Shown: positions 62,204 to 64,000 of the stretch, piece after piece
Numbering within the stretch: position 1 is the stretch's first letter
Layout of the letters: each line of letters opens with the position of its first letter
From: Sarea resinae
Lineage: Eukaryota
Reading direction: 5' to 3'
Assembly: GCA_026026165.1 (NCBI GenBank)
Contig: JAPEUD010000022.1
Coordinates: 1-64,000, forward strand
DNA length: 64,000 nt
Notes under the pieces: generated by a model
Seen by the model: the letters and a program-made list of their open reading frames with translations, nothing else
Told to the model about the DNA's origin: nothing
Databases searched by the model: none
Program-made: the position numbers and the translations under genes

Positions 62204-63264
62204 CTAGAAGACTTCAGGGAGCTGTGGCCCCCAGACGGATAATGTGTTCGGACCCTGGTCCTCCTGTCTCTGGGTCTTCGTGTCTTCATTGACGACGTCA
62301 CCATCAGCATAATGTTCTGCGGTAAAGCCACTTGGATCCTTCCAATAATCGAAGATTTGCGATCCCAAGATATGCCTTCCGACTCCCCATACCAGCTTGT
62401 ATCCTTTGCCCAGCAGGTATTCGTGGCCGAGAAGTTGCGTATCAAAGTCGTCTACTTCGTAAGACGTGTGATGGAGTATCGTGGCAGGCATCTCCGGAGG
62501 CGCGCGCGCAAGAAATAGAGAATGGTGATCGGAGAATTCTTTGCCGAGGTCGAGATGCAAAAATGTTAAAATGTCCATGTCCGGATTGCCGGGCGCGTGG
62601 AGAATGTCAGAGGGGACGAAGTTGAAATTCCCAGTGTAGAATGCCACATCCTCATCCCAAGTCTTGGAGATGAAACCATAGTGGCCTAATTTATGGACCA
62701 AGGCGCGGCCGGGTGTAAATCGCTGGAATTCACCTGCCGATCGACATTAGAGCCTTCTCATCGATCAGCTAGAGGTTCGTACGTACCTTTCCTGTGCTTC
62801 TCCAGACTTGTGTTGTAGTCTGCTTTATGGACCTCTGTGGCTGAGACGGCCTTATCGGGCGTTGGCCGTTCTTTTTGACCGAAAACGACGTGGATCCAGC
62901 TCCCAGAGGGAGTTGGAATTGTCACCATTTTTCCTCCCCCAGGAGCTTCACCCAGATCTACGACTTCTGCATTGACGAGTTTTGTGGCCTTTTCAAAATC
63001 TCCTGCTGTCGCCGCAACAAACGCTGCACCCCCAAACTCTTTCTCAGAGCTTGTGCTTTGTGATGCAACGGAGATGTAGGGATCTTTTCCATAGCCCCTG
63101 TAGAACGTCTGTGTCTCGGTTTGGGCAGCTATTTCGAACCCAAAGTCGTACGCAAACTGCTGCCACTTCTCAAGGTCTGGATGTGACTGATAGACGTGGC
63201 TAATGCGTGCTAGCTGAATCTTGTTAGGGTCATTTCTGACCGTCGGGATGACAAGAGATGACAT
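62204..63264 (-). CDS. VOC/glyoxalase-family extradiol dioxygenase (trihydroxytoluene oxygenase-like), 335 aa
   Basis: Exons 63264-62787 and 62733-62204; LARISHV, VHKLGHYG, DHHSLF, HHTSYEVDDFD, WGVGRHILGSQIFDYWKDPSGFTAEHYADGD. Confidence 0.93.
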
Positions 63265-64000
63265 GGCTCAATATGAGATGGGAATTCAACGATATCAACA
63301 GTTTCAACAACTTCAAGGGAAAAGGACGAAGTATGTCAAAGTGCACAAGATCTGGACATTCTCAAAAGCTCTTTTGAAGAGTATATAGAACAGGATGTTA
63401 CCTGAAATAGGATGTGTAAACACACCGTAGTCAAGCGCGGCAGGCTGTCGTCATGTAGCTGTGAAACGTATCCGGATTGGATGGACAGATCTTCCGTCAC
63501 GCGGCATTGGAGGAGAAGTATTTCGGGGGCTTCGAAAGTTGCGGAGGAACTGTTGCTCCTCGGCGGAAACACTAACACGGATCTCATGCGCCGGAAAGCG
63601 AGGATCTGTGGGGAAGGCAGAACGGAAACCACCTGGCACACAACACCTAAACTATCGAATCAATGCGGAGAACAAGCCCACGCTACTTCTCGCGGAACAA
63701 TCGATCCTCCACAGCTTCCACACGGCGGACTTGACGACTTGAGCTTCTACGACTTCGGAAATGTGGGTTTTGCGTGCTCTCTGGGAAATAGCGAGATCGC
63801 ATGATTGTTGGCGAGGTTGTATATACATCGTCTAACCGGACAGGCCCACGACGATACCTTATATTGCGCCCGTCGTTAATAGTTCCAGTCGTCAGATACC
63901 AGCTTGAAAACGGTTTTCGACATCAAATGGAGGAAACAACTGTTCTGATTGTTGGCGCTGGCCCCACGGGTCTCGCTCTAGCTACGTACTTGGGGCGGAT

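Overview
This is a left chromosome end of a filamentous ascomycete (Pezizomycotina-type telomere, introns and dispersed 5S rRNA). It has four parts. (1) 1-1010: a (CCCTAA)n telomere, a (TTGCTG)17 tract, a 30-bp minisatellite and an array of ~69-bp palindromic units. (2) ~1-20 kb: mostly decayed genes plus an AT/TpA-rich, RIP-like relic. (3) 20.3-51 kb: an accessory region. It holds a compact block of intact, spliced orphan genes built around a very divergent Spo11/Top6A-like gene that keeps the catalytic Tyr, Glu and DxD. Its neighbours are an acidic/basic protein, a possible PH-fold protein, an atypical tRNA-like gene and a Gag-like zinc-knuckle protein. Further along are a ~2-kb non-coding array of ~41-bp units whose 17-nt hairpins covary, a small secreted Cys-rich protein, a second tRNA-like gene, a trypsin-like protease pseudogene and a PD-(D/E)XK-like protein with substituted catalytic positions. 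(4) 51.4-64 kb: an ordinary-looking catabolic cluster (two fungal transcription factors, MFS transporter, FAH-family hydrolase, VOC-family dioxygenase) with an intact 5S rRNA gene inside it. The best candidates for something new are the Spo11-like module and the covarying hairpin array. All family assignments come from reading motifs by eye; no searches were run.
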